A stretch of DNA of 62,784 nucleotides, filler included, from a bacterium (GTDB lineage Bacteria > UBP15 > UBA6099 > JAJRTR01), in NCBI GenBank assembly GCA_024278215.1. It is 5 parts of 5 records of this genome, joined end to end, with 100 filler letters (N's around TTAATTAATTAA, not from the genome) between each part and the next. Parts side by side here need not be neighbours in the genome. Positions count along the whole stretch, not along the records: positions 1 to 27,525 come from JAJRTR010000009.1; positions 27,626 to 42,324 come from JAJRTR010000169.1; 3 more parts are not named here. One strand, given 5' to 3'. Both the position numbers and the translations under genes were made by a program. Below, one piece after another: positions 19,543-29,368 of the stretch. The notes beneath the pieces were generated by a model that worked only from the letters and a program-made list of their open reading frames with translations, made no database searches and was not told the origin of the DNA. How positions within the stretch are numbered: position 1 is the stretch's first letter; each line of letters opens with the position of its first letter.

Positions 19543-21942
19543 TTACAGCACACCGCTTTCACGGGCGATAATCTCTTCCTGTATCTCGCGGCCGAGATTG
19601 ACAAAATATGCGTTATAGCCGGTAACCCGCACCAGCAGGTTACTGTATTCCTGCGGATTGTCGCGAGCTTTTTTCAGTGTGTCCACATCAAGCATATTTA
19701 TCTGGAGCGCGGTGCCGCCCTGCTCACCGTAAGCGCGGATGAGCGCGGCAAGTTTTTCTTTATGCTCGGGGTCGCGCAGCAGCGACGGGCTGATGCTCAT
19801 AGTGTGCGAAGCACCGTTGGGAGCGGTCTCGAGCCCGACTTTGCCTACGGAACGTATATTCGCCGTCGGCCCTTTTTTATCCATACCGTTTACCGGGCCG
19901 ATGCCGTTGGAAAGAAATTGGCCGCGCAGGCGACCGTCGGGAGTGGCGGCGGTGAGGGGCCCGTAACTTATCCAGTAATTCCAGGAAAGGTAGCCGCCGC
20001 GGAACCTGCGTCCTGTTTTTTTGCTGACTCTGCCGAATGTTCTCTTCGTCCAGTGTTCACTCAGTTCGCGGGCCAGTTTGTCGGCCTCGTCGCTGTCTGT
20101 CCCATACTTCGGAGCACGGTTCATCAGCAACATGCGTGTCTTTTCGTGGCCCTCGAAATTATCTTTTAGAGCGAGCGCAAGTTCGTGCATAGATATTTTT
20201 TTCTGATCGAAAACAAGCGATTTAACGGCGACGACAGAATCGACGAGGGTTGCGAAACCGATACCTTCGACAGTAATGAAGTTGTACTCCGCGCCGCCGG
20301 ATGTTATGTCGACTCCGTTTTTAATGCAACCGTCGACCAGTGTCGAAAGGTACGGGGTCGGCTCGAAAGCAGCGCGCATTCCATCCGCCTCACCGGCGGC
20401 TTCGATGATCCTGTCAACGATAGCGTCGAGCTGTTTATTCAAGGCGGAATAAAAGGCCTCGAATGTCTTGAATGATTCCGGCTCGCCGGTTCGCGGTCCG
20501 AGACGCCGGCCGGTCAGTTCGTCGCGACCGTTGTTGAAGACAAGTTCCACAGCCTTGGCGACATTAAGATTCACATCGACAGTGCCGGAACGGTCATTGC
20601 CCTGAAGCGTGTTTTCGAGACAACCGACCGGCGCGTAATCCCATAGTTGATCTTCGGGCAGCCCCTGCCATTTCAGGCCGCGGATCGAAGCCTCGTCGAA
20701 ATTCAGCAGGAAAGGCGCACCCTGTGCCCGCGCGAGCATCTCACAAATACGTTCGAGCAACTCGGGGGGCGTGTTCTTGTGGATGCGGATGTTGGGTTTC
20801 GGTTCGAGCAGGTTCATCTCTTCGATGACCTCGAGTATCAGCCATGTGAGATCGTTTGTCAGGTCTTCGCCGTCGGGGCCGCAGCCGCTGAGCGTGACAA
20901 GCTGGCCGAAGCCGGAGTTGATGCCCTGGTTGCTGCCGATGCGGCCCTGGAAGTCGTAAGCGTAGTTGTGCCTGATCCAGTAGCACATGAGAAGTTCCTT
21001 CGCCTGATCGCGGGTTATGCGGCCTTCCCGGATGTCCTTTGCATAAAGATGTTCGAGGTACTGGTCGATGCGACCGTGAGACAGGCCGGGGCCGGGATAT
21101 GACTCGGCGGCCATTACCAGCATGTGAGTGAACCAGAGCGCCTGGAGCGCCTCGTGGAAAGTCTCCGGCGCGTCCCACGGAACCTTGCGGCATATACGCG
21201 CTATATCGAGCAGTTCGGCGCGCCGGTTCGCGTCGTCGGTTGCGGAAGCGAGACGTTCTGCCTCGACTGCATAACGCTCCGTCAGGCCCGGAACAGCTTC
21301 GAGACATATCCGCATCGCGTGCAGGTTGTCTCTTTTCGACTTCGGGGGTCTGACGGCGAGTTCCTCCTCGATCTCATCGACAATGCCTGTGAGGCCTCTC
21401 TGCACAACCTTCTTATAATTTGGGATCAGGTGGCCCGGCACAGCGCCGCAATTGCCGATTCCCGTTTCGTGGATCATGCGCGCTTCATCCAGCCAGCGCG
21501 TTACACAGCGTTTCAAAATACGGCCTTCACGCTTCGTATGATTTTTCGAGAGCGCGGTGTTGAAATATGAGCCGACAATGAGTTCGCCGTCGAGTATCTT
21601 CACAGGCAAACGCTCTGAAATCACCTGTCCGAAAAACTCCGCGCGACGCACCGCAAGCGGTTTGCTCCAGTAGTCCTTCGGCTGTTCGACAATCTCGGCC
21701 GATGCGAGCAGCGAGTCCGAAAACGCCGTAAAAAACGGGAACAACTCCGGCAGTATCGTCCAGACATAAATACTGTATACGCTGTCCCACTCGGTGCCTG
21801 TCGAGTAAGCACGCACCTCGTTGCGAAAGTAGTCTCGGTCATAGAATGAGAAATATTCATCTCGAAGCTTCTTCACTCGCGGCGGCAGGTTCTCCGAAGG
21901 ATTCCATATTCCTGTTACTCCACATGCGGCCTGTTCGGTCAT
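19543..21942 (-). CDS. Glycyl-radical enzyme (PFL superfamily) of unknown specificity
   Basis: GRIDQY, single-Cys loop VGCLEN, ATPDGR, C-terminal LLVRVTGYNAYF glycyl motif; cognate activase follows. Confidence 0.92.
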   Translation of the reverse strand: MTEQAACGVTGIWNPSENLPPRVKKLRDEYFSFYDRDYFRNEVRAYSTGTEWDSVYSIYVWTILPELFPFFTAFSDSLLASAEIVEQPKDYWSKPLAVRRAEFFGQVISERLPVKILDGELIVGSYFNTALSKNHTKREGRILKRCVTRWLDEARMIHETGIGNCGAVPGHLIPNYKKVVQRGLTGIVDEIEEELAVRPPKSKRDNLHAMRICLEAVPGLTERYAVEAERLASATDDANRRAELLDIARICRKVPWDAPETFHEALQALWFTHMLVMAAESYPGPGLSHGRIDQYLEHLYAKDIREGRITRDQAKELLMCYWIRHNYAYDFQGRIGSNQGINSGFGQLVTLSGCGPDGEDLTNDLTWLILEVIEEMNLLEPKPNIRIHKNTPPELLERICEMLARAQGAPFLLNFDEASIRGLKWQGLPEDQLWDYAPVGCLENTLQGNDRSGTVDVNLNVAKAVELVFNNGRDELTGRRLGPRTGEPESFKTFEAFYSALNKQLDAIVDRIIEAAGEADGMRAAFEPTPYLSTLVDGCIKNGVDITSGGAEYNFITVEGIGFATLVDSVVAVKSLVFDQKKISMHELALALKDNFEGHEKTRMLLMNRAPKYGTDSDEADKLARELSEHWTKRTFGRVSKKTGRRFRGGYLSWNYWISYGPLTAATPDGRLRGQFLSNGIGPVNGMDKKGPTANIRSVGKVGLETAPNGASHTMSISPSLLRDPEHKEKLAALIRAYGEQGGTALQINMLDVDTLKKARDNPQEYSNLLVRVTGYNAYFVNLGREIQEEIIARESGVL

Positions 21943-22075
21943 CGGGGACTCCTTGAATATATTACGTTACAGAGCATTTTAACCATTATAACCAAGCAGG
22001 CGGTGAGTGTCGATGTTGCGGTGGCCGGTTTCTTGATGGAAGTGAGCTGAAGTCCTTATCGCACCGTAAGCGACA

Positions 22076-22253
22076 GAGCCAATTGCAAAATGATGTTCGA
22101 AGCGAGGTCGAACGAAATTATTCAGAAGCAAGGCGGAGGTGCAAAATCCCCGCAGGCGTACTTGCAGAGTAGTTGAGGAAGATTTTGTGCCGACAACGCT
22201 GCTGTTGACAAATGCAGCCGACCGCAGCCGAATCAGAATTTTGCAATTGGCTC
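22076..22253. mobile_element. MITE-like repeat family A, full copy (178 bp) with apparent target-site duplication
   Basis: Perfect 16-bp TIR GAGCCAATTGCAAAAT; GACA directly repeated on both flanks (22072-22075, 22254-22257). Confidence 0.88.
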
Positions 22254-22290
22254 GACAGTGGTGTTGTCAATAAAGGAAAACACCATATTG

Positions 22291-22319
22291 CTGACAAAAA
22301 ATCAATTATAGGGTAGAAT
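22291..22319 (+). promoter_or_regulatory. Sigma70-type promoter of the atp operon
   Basis: CTGACA-N17-TAGAAT, 7 nt before the GTG at 22327. Confidence 0.6.
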
Positions 22320-22326
22320 AACCTCC

Positions 22327-22611
22327 GTGACCGATGAAAACCAAAAAGATGCAGATGAAAAAAGTTCTACGGAGCATGAACCGGAGAATGAGAGCCGATT
22401 ATATAAGAAGCTCACGCCCTTCAGGTCTGCTGCTGTATTCGTCAATATACCGATAACTCTTCTGGCATGTACTATAGTAGGTTACCTTATAGGAGATTTT
22501 ATAGAGAAACGGATACCCGCTGGTGGTGCTTTTGTAGCGGTTTTTTCGATGCTGGGCGTTGCCGCAGGCTTTCGCGAGATACTGATGCTGGTAAAAAAAC
22601 GCAATAAATAA
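22327..22611 (+). CDS. AtpZ/AtpI-family small membrane protein
   Basis: Two TM helices (VGYLIGDFIE...LGVAAGFREI); first gene of the atp operon. Confidence 0.75.
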   Translation: MTDENQKDADEKSSTEHEPENESRLYKKLTPFRSAAVFVNIPITLLACTIVGYLIGDFIEKRIPAGGAFVAVFSMLGVAAGFREILMLVKKRNK

Positions 22612-22633
22612 AGGTTTTTTTGAAGATTGTTTT

Positions 22634-23020
22634 ATGGAAGAAAATAATAATTCGCACACTCTTGACAAAAGCCTACTTACCAATATAATTGGAAACTCAT
22701 GTTGGACTGCTCCATTTATTGGACTTGTCCTGTACCTTGTCAGGTCATATCTACCGGGAAGATTCGCAGAGGGCTTCCTTTACGGGGCCGTATGCGGGAC
22801 TGCCAACCTCTATTTTCTGAGAGTACTCCTCACGGAAACAACGAATCCACAGGGGGCAAAGATAATCAGAGTGGCATGGAGCGCAGTGGGGTTGATCGGA
22901 ATAATCGTCGCCTACTTCTACATCTTCTCGACACACTGGTTGAACGATGCGGCGATGGTGATAGGATTTTCATACTTCATCGTCATGACGGTAATTGCAG
23001 GAATATTTCGGAAAAGCTAA
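22634..23020 (+). CDS. atpI: ATP synthase protein I-like membrane protein
   Basis: Four TM segments with GFLYGAVCGTANLYFL; position just before atpB. Confidence 0.7.
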   Translation: MEENNNSHTLDKSLLTNIIGNSCWTAPFIGLVLYLVRSYLPGRFAEGFLYGAVCGTANLYFLRVLLTETTNPQGAKIIRVAWSAVGLIGIIVAYFYIFSTHWLNDAAMVIGFSYFIVMTVIAGIFRKS

Positions 23021-23035
23021 GAAAGGCTCTACGGA

Positions 23036-24013
23036 ATGAGCGCACAAGAACAGGCAGTGCACAGCGGCGGGCAAATGGAGATGGAACACGCTCCCGCTTA
23101 CAACACAAATGCAGCTACGGCTCACAGCGAAGCAGCGGTGCAGGGCAATGCACATACCGGAGCAGAAGCCGGCGGACATGGCGAGCAGCAGGAAGAAGGC
23201 ATTCCGGAGCTTGAGAATTTCCTCGACTACTATCTGATGGCAAAAACTGGTGAAGACCTGCATACTATTCACAATACTGTGCTGGTCGGAAAACAGCCCG
23301 CGCCCGGCGAAGAACCCAGTTCGATGACGCTCACATGGCTTGATCTCATAAATGTATCTTACGCTTTTCTCACCATAATTATACTCACGGTCATATCACT
23401 TCGTGTAAAAAGCAAACTCACAAAGATACCGTCAGGTTTCCAGGTACTTGTGGAAGCATTTGTACAATGGATGGACGGATTCGTCAAAGCGATAATTGGC
23501 CACGACGGCAGGAAATTCACTCCTTTCATCGGAACAATATTCATTTACATACTCTTTATGAACTATCTTGGGCTCATCCCCTTTATGAAAGCGCCTATCG
23601 CGCTTAATATCAATGTGCCGTTATCAATGGCAATCTGTGTTTTCTTCCTCGTGCAGTACAGAGGCATCACCCAGAACGGATTGGTGAAATACATCAAGCA
23701 CTTCACAGGCGATTCGTCCGGTATGGTCGTGCTCGACGTTTTATTGATGCCACTTAATCTGGTATTGCATACAATAGGGGAAATCGCAAAACCGCTCACG
23801 CTCTCACTCAGGCTTTTTGGAAACATTACGGGTGAGGATGTTGTCATCGCCGCGCTGGTAGGCCTGACGGTGGGAGTAACATTTTTCCCGATACCGCTCC
23901 AGGCGCTGTTCTATCCGCTGGCGCTGCTGTTCGGATTCATTCAGGCATTAGTGTTTGCCACCCTCAGCGCTGTCTACATTCTTCTGATGTCGGCGCATGA
24001 GGAGCATCATTAA
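23036..24013 (+). CDS. atpB: F0 subunit a with His/Glu-rich N-terminal extension
   Basis: PSGFQVLVE, NYLGLIP, KPLTLSLRLFGNI, IQALVFATLS. Confidence 0.95.
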   Translation: MSAQEQAVHSGGQMEMEHAPAYNTNAATAHSEAAVQGNAHTGAEAGGHGEQQEEGIPELENFLDYYLMAKTGEDLHTIHNTVLVGKQPAPGEEPSSMTLTWLDLINVSYAFLTIIILTVISLRVKSKLTKIPSGFQVLVEAFVQWMDGFVKAIIGHDGRKFTPFIGTIFIYILFMNYLGLIPFMKAPIALNINVPLSMAICVFFLVQYRGITQNGLVKYIKHFTGDSSGMVVLDVLLMPLNLVLHTIGEIAKPLTLSLRLFGNITGEDVVIAALVGLTVGVTFFPIPLQALFYPLALLFGFIQALVFATLSAVYILLMSAHEEHH

Positions 24014-24055
24014 GCATAAATCAGACTGTTAGAAAGTGGAAGGAGGACACACTTC

Positions 24056-24295
24056 ATGGACGCCAAAGAAGCAGTTGATCTGATGAGGTTAGGACTACCG
24101 ATGGGAGTCGGGCTCGCCGCATTCGGATGTGCGCTCGGACTGGGTAACGCAGTCAGCAGTGCGATGAACGCGATCTCCAGACAACCGGAAGCCGCAGACA
24201 AAATCCAGACGGCAATGATCATCGGTTGTGCTCTGATCGAAGCTCTCACGATTTACGCTCTAGTCGTAGTGTTCGTACTTTCGGGCAAGCTGTGA
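24056..24295 (+). CDS. atpE: F0 subunit c (H+-type motif)
   Basis: RQPEA loop and ALIEALTIY; lacks the Gln and the E-S/T pair of Na+-binding c subunits. Confidence 0.95.
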   Translation: MDAKEAVDLMRLGLPMGVGLAAFGCALGLGNAVSSAMNAISRQPEAADKIQTAMIIGCALIEALTIYALVVVFVLSGKL

Positions 24296-24369
24296 TCCCG
24301 AAGAAACCGCGTTTTCGCCCATAAAGCGGAGACGGCAATTTTCCTTGCTGTAGTTCTGGAGGTGCTGGA

Positions 24370-24876
24370 ATGGAAGAGATATTTGGTTCGCTGGGTATTA
24401 AACCTATGCAAATTGCTATACAGATGCTGGGATTTTTTCTGGTATTCGGGCTGCTGGCCAAGCTTCTGTGGAAGCCTGTACTCGACCTCATGGACGCGCG
24501 GGAAAATGAAGTAAAAGATCTCTTCGACAAGGCTGAAAACGCCAAGAAGGAGAGCGAGCAGTTGATGGCGGAGTACAAGGACCATCTCGAAAAAATCAAG
24601 GAAGAGGCCCAGGAGAAAATCGCCGAGGGCATCGCCAGAGGCAACGAGATGGGTGATAAGATCGTAAACGATGCCAGAAAGATGGCGGAGCAGGAAAAAC
24701 AGCGAGCAATAAACGCCATTGAGGACGAGGCTACAAAAGCCAGGATGGAACTGCGGGATTTCGCCGTCACTCTCTCCATGGATATAGCCGAAAAGGTTCT
24801 CCAGGCTGAGGTTGACAGGTCAAAGCACGAGAATCTCGTCAAAAAGCTTGTATCCGATCTGGAATCTATGAACTGA
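24370..24876 (+). CDS. atpF: F0 subunit b
   Basis: N-terminal TM, WKPVLDLMDARE, long charged helix, IAEKVL. Confidence 0.93.
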   Translation: MEEIFGSLGIKPMQIAIQMLGFFLVFGLLAKLLWKPVLDLMDARENEVKDLFDKAENAKKESEQLMAEYKDHLEKIKEEAQEKIAEGIARGNEMGDKIVNDARKMAEQEKQRAINAIEDEATKARMELRDFAVTLSMDIAEKVLQAEVDRSKHENLVKKLVSDLESMN

Positions 24877-24892
24877 GGAGCTGTAAGGGAAC

Positions 24893-25438
24893 ATGCTGAA
24901 ACGCGCCATAGCTACAAGATACGCAACGGCTCTTTTCCTGCTTGCTGAAGAAAAGGGTATACTCGAGGACATCGAAAGAGACTTCCCCGGTGTAGCCGAT
25001 GTATACAGCAGCAGTGAGGAACTAACACGTTTCCTGACACACCCGGCAATAGGTCCCGGAGAGAAGAAGGAAGTGCTCGAAAAACTTTTCGAGGGGAAGA
25101 TTCACGAGACTCTCTATGATCTAGTGATGATGACTGTCGACAAGAACCGCGAGGAGTACATCCCCCTGATATGGGAAGACTTCAGGCGGTTGCTGATGGA
25201 GCATCGCGGACAGATGAGGGCGACGATATTTTCGCCATTTGAGCTGTCCACAGAATTGAAGCAGGAAGTTGAGATCGGTCTTGAGAAAGTGACCGGCAAG
25301 ACAATTCTGCTTGAAGAGAAAGTCGACAACAGTTTAATAGGTGGTATCAGAATTCTGATTGGCGACCGCGTTTATGACGGCAGCGTGGTCAGCACACTGG
25401 AGCAGTTGCGTGAAACGCTGATGACTGCGCCGGTATGA
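24893..25438 (+). CDS. atpH: F1 subunit delta
   Basis: IATRYATALF, VDNSLIGGIRILIGDRVYDGSV. Confidence 0.95.
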   Translation: MLKRAIATRYATALFLLAEEKGILEDIERDFPGVADVYSSSEELTRFLTHPAIGPGEKKEVLEKLFEGKIHETLYDLVMMTVDKNREEYIPLIWEDFRRLLMEHRGQMRATIFSPFELSTELKQEVEIGLEKVTGKTILLEEKVDNSLIGGIRILIGDRVYDGSVVSTLEQLRETLMTAPV

Positions 25439-25452
25439 TTAGTTAGAGGTGA

Positions 25453-26979
25453 ATGATGAGCCTGAAACCGGAAGAAGTAAGCTCAGTACTGAAAGACCAA
25501 CTGGAAAAGTACCAGTCCAAGGTCGAAATGACCGATGTGGGCACCATACTCCAGGTTGGTGACGGTATCGCACGAATATACGGCCTCAGCAGCGCGATGG
25601 CCGGGGAGATGCTCGAATTTCCCGGCGGTGTCAAAGGCATGGTTCTCAACCTTGAAGAGGACAATGTCGGCGCAGTTCTGTTCGGTTCCGATGTAGGAAT
25701 CAAAGAGGGCGACACGGTACGCTGCACGGGTAAAATCGCCTCCGTTCCTGTTGGTGAAGCCATACTCGGCAGAGTTCTCAACGCTGTCGGCGAGCCGATC
25801 GACAACAAGGGGCCCATCGCTTCAGATGAAAACCGTGTTATCGAAATAAAGGCGGTCGGCATCACGGAACGCCAGCCGGTAAAGCAGCCTGTCCAGACAG
25901 GTGTCAAGGCCATCGACGCCATGATCCCCATCGGACGCGGCCAGCGCGAACTAATCATCGGTGACCGCGGCACAGGCAAAACAGCTGTCGCCGTCGACGC
26001 TATTATTAATCAGAAGAGCTCAGACATGCTCTGCATCTATGTCGCTATCGGACAGAAGGCTTCAACGGTTGTCGGCATCCACGATGTTCTTTAAAAACAC
26101 GGCGCGATGGAATATACCACCATCGTTACCGCCAGTGCCATGGAACCAGCACCGCTCCAGTATGTAGCGCCATACGCGGGATGCACTATGGCTGAGTACT
26201 TCATGCTGAAAGGCAAGGACGTCCTTATAGTATACGACGATCTCTCGAAACAGGCTGTCGCGTACCGGCAGCTTTCACTACTGCTGCGCCGCCCACCCGG
26301 ACGAGAAGCATACCCCGGAGACGTTTTCTATCTGCACAGCAGGTTGCTCGAGCGAGCTGTCAAGCTCAGCGATGAAAACGGTGCCGGCTCGATCACCGCA
26401 CTGCCGATAATCGAGACACAGGCAGGTGACGTATCGGCATACATACCGACGAATGTTATTTCCATTACGGACGGACAGATGTTCCTTGAAACCGACCTGT
26501 TCTACGCCGGCGTAAGACCGGCCATCAATGTTGGTATATCCGTTTCCCGCGTAGGCGGCAACGCGCAGACGAAAGCTATGAAGAAGGTGGCCGGCAAGCT
26601 GCGGCTCGACCTTGCACAGTATCGCGAGCTCGAGGCATTCGCGCAGTTCGGTTCCGACCTCGACAAAGCCACACAGATGCAACTCACACGCGGTGCGCGC
26701 ATGGTCGAGATTCTCAAGCAGGATCAGTATGTACCGCTGACACTCGGTAAGCAGATATTGATTATTTTCGCAGGCAGTAATGGCTATATCGATGATGTGC
26801 CAATCGAAGCGGTAGCGCAATTTGAAAAAGAGTATTATCTATTTATGGATAGTAAATATCCTGATATTGCTAAGGAAATAGAAGAGTCAAAAGATATTTC
26901 CGAGAGCCTGGATAAAAAGATGAGAAAAGCGATAGAAGAATTCAAGTCACAGTTTAAACCGGCGGAAGCGAAAATTTGA
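25453..26979 (+). CDS. atpA: F1 subunit alpha, interrupted by one in-frame TAA at 26092-26094
   Basis: [28 protein letters not shown], ...[12 protein letters not shown]..., [15 protein letters not shown]. Both halves are in the same frame. Confidence 0.93.
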
Positions 26980-27016
26980 CGGCGCGTGAGAGACCTTAAG
27001 AGAGGGGTGATCGGCT

Positions 27017-27525
27017 ATTCCTGAAAATCCGAGACAAATACGCAGAAGAATAGGAAGCGTCAAGAGTACGCAGAAGATCACGAGCGCCATGAAGATGGTT
27101 GCAGCCGCAAAACTCAGACGCGCTGAAGAACGCGCGAAAACTGCAAAGCCCTATTCAGATAAACTCCAGTCTTTTTTTGAAAGATTGGATGTCGGGCAGG
27201 ACAATATCCCCCATCCTCTTGCGGCCACAAGGCCTCATGTCAACAATACCGGTTTAATTATCATCACATCCGATAAGGGGCTTTGCGGCAGTTTCAACAG
27301 CAATATCATACGGAAAGCACATGTGTGGATTACCGAAAAGGATGAATCAAAAGTAAAACTATATGTAGTAGGGCGTAAGGGTGTGGGCACGTTAAAAAAG
27401 CAGCACGGGATGAATATAGAGGAAACTTATGTTGGTATCAACCAGGCTCTTGATTACAAGGAAATCAAAAGAATAGCAGACAAAGTTTCCAAAGATTTTA
27501 TCGAAGAGAAAATTGATGAATGCTA
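27017..27525 (+). CDS. atpG: F1 subunit gamma, apparent ATT start, truncated by contig end
   Basis: (M)PENPRQIRRRIGSVKSTQKITSAMKMVAAAKLRR, TSDKGLCGSFN; SD GAGGGGTGA 6 nt before ATT. Confidence 0.93.
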
Positions 27526-27625
27526 NNNNNNNNNNNNNNNNNNNNNNNNNNNNNNNNNNNNNNNNNNNNTTAATTAATTAANNNNNNNNNNNNNNNNNNN
27601 NNNNNNNNNNNNNNNNNNNNNNNNN
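27526..27625. other. Artificial contig linker
   Basis: 44 N + TTAATTAATTAA (stops in all six frames) + 44 N. Confidence 0.99.
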
Positions 27626-28359
27626 CTTTGCACGGCAATTCCGTCGACAACGGCCTGTGCGTTCTGTGCGTTCTGAATTATGTCCAGAACACCGGTGTTC
27701 AAGCCTGTCTCGCCTGCGCCAAGGACATCGAATCCGGTGGAATTGCCGATGTCGAGCAATTCTTTCTGGTCGCCGGTGTTTGCGTCCTTGATCACGAGAG
27801 TCTGGTCGCCGGACAACGGATCTTCAATGATGTATGCTTCGCCCCAGTCGCTGAAATCCTCGCCGGTACCACTCGTCGAGTTGTTGATCAATCCGGCAAG
27901 CTGCCCGAGCGTTTCGCCGCCTGTATACGTGATTGTGAAGACTTCGTCGGGGTTTGTGCCGTTGTCGTAGGTTATGTCGAATGTGCCGGCACCGCCCAGT
28001 GTGTATGCAGAGCCTTTTGTGCCGGACTGCATTATCTGTTCCTGCGCCAGTTGCAGTATCTCGACATCATGAGTCCCGGCGCTTGCCGCCGCGTTTGCCG
28101 TGCCTGTAACGACCGCTTCATTCGCCGAAGTCACCTTGTTGTCGAAGGCTACTCCGTTGACAAATGTTTTTAATGTGCCTTTTAGAGAAAGAAGGCTGCT
28201 GTTTACTTTCTGAATCTCATCTTTTTCATAGCCCAGTTTTGTCTGCTGCGTCTCGATCAGCCTTACCGGCGCACGTTCGATATACATCAACTGCTTAATG
28301 ATTGATTCTGTGTCCAGCCCTGAAAAAAGGCCTCCAAAACTGATTGCACTTGTGTCCAT
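27626..28359 (-). CDS. fliD: Flagellar filament cap protein FliD, N-terminal part (truncated by contig end)
   Basis: ISFGGLFSGLDTESIIKQLM.IERAP, VEILQLAQ, AQNAQAVVDGI; SD AGGAG and sigma-28 promoter upstream. Confidence 0.92.
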
Positions 28360-28417
28360 GACCACCACTCCTGTAATTTTTAGTAGTACACACGATTTCT
28401 CGGGTGTCTATTCTACA

Positions 28418-28444
28418 TTATCGGCTATTTCCGCTTTTACTTTA
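28418..28444 (-). promoter_or_regulatory. Sigma-28 (FliA/SigD) promoter of fliD
   Basis: Minus strand TAAA-gtaaaagcggaaata(15 nt)-GCCGATAA, an exact match to the consensus. Confidence 0.9.
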
Positions 28445-28585
28445 GGCATTCCCAGATATATTTACTACAATTATTTATTTATTTTATTGTATGTATGTAA
28501 GACGACTGATACAAATCACATTCGATGAAAATCCTTCAAAAGCTGATCAGCCCTCTTTTCAATATGGAAAATACAGTAATTGTTG

Positions 28586-29368
28586 TCAGTCATCAATCAC
28601 ATCGTCGAGCCTGAACAGGCGGTAGAGCGAAGTAACGCCTGAATATATGTGGTTCCAGTTTATTTTCTTTCCTTTAGGGACAAAAACAATGTCGCCGTCT
28701 CCGAGAGAGCAATTCTTTGGGAATTCCGCTTTCCCCAGCAGATCGGCGAAGTCGATTATTATCAGGTCGCCGCTCTCGGTGGGCGAAACTGTTATGTTGC
28801 CGCCGGACGCGGCAATGTTTTCTTCTGTGTCGGAAGCCTGATTGAAATCATAAGGGAACTCGACATCTTTCACGGGCGCTTTTATCAGTCCGACCTGGCT
28901 CTTTTTAGCGTTTTGTGCAAATCCGCCGGCGCGGCTGATTACATCGAATATTGTATCACTCCTGCGGATGTCGAAGATACCGGGTTTCTTCACGGCACCG
29001 AGCACGAAAACCCTTTCGAGCTTGAAATTCTTGATATTTACTGCAACTCTGGGGCCCTTCATATACGCTTCCAGCGATTTTGTGACGATCTCGCCCACCT
29101 GGCCGGCACTCATTCCGGACACGCGTATCTCTCCGAGCATCGGGTACGAAATACGTCCGTCCGGCCTGACCTGTGCACTCATCGACAGTTCGTCATAGGG
29201 CCAGACTTTTATCGTTAAAATGTCCAGCGGCTGTATAATGTATGATCTTCCACTGTCCGCAATCGCGGATGCCGGTTCCTTAGCCACAGCCTGGATATTG
29301 CCACATGGAAATAATGCGTACATGGCTGCACAAATAAATAAAGCAATTATTTTGTGTGAAATTTTCAT
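28586..29368 (-). CDS. Polysaccharide biosynthesis/export protein (Wza-like; Poly_export plus SLBB)
   Basis: Signal peptide, YIIQPLDILTIKVW, VRPDGRISYPMLGEI, VFVLGAVKKPG, AGGF, GDGDIVFVP. Confidence 0.88.
   Translation of the reverse strand: MKISHKIIALFICAAMYALFPCGNIQAVAKEPASAIADSGRSYIIQPLDILTIKVWPYDELSMSAQVRPDGRISYPMLGEIRVSGMSAGQVGEIVTKSLEAYMKGPRVAVNIKNFKLERVFVLGAVKKPGIFDIRRSDTIFDVISRAGGFAQNAKKSQVGLIKAPVKDVEFPYDFNQASDTEENIAASGGNITVSPTESGDLIIIDFADLLGKAEFPKNCSLGDGDIVFVPKGKKINWNHIYSGVTSLYRLFRLDDVIDD

Noticed and set aside
24056-24295. Na+-translocating ATP synthase or N-ATPase
   Set aside because: Subunit c lacks the Gln and E-S/T Na+ ligands, and the gene order is the standard atpIBEFHAG.
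26092-26094. Stop-codon reassignment as the explanation for the atpA TAA
   Set aside because: TAA, TAG and TGA all end conserved genes at their expected positions elsewhere in the window.
27526-27625. TTAATTAATTAA palindrome in N runs, repeated four times
   Set aside because: Artificial contig-joining spacer with six-frame stops. Adjacencies across it, such as atpG-fliD, are not biological.
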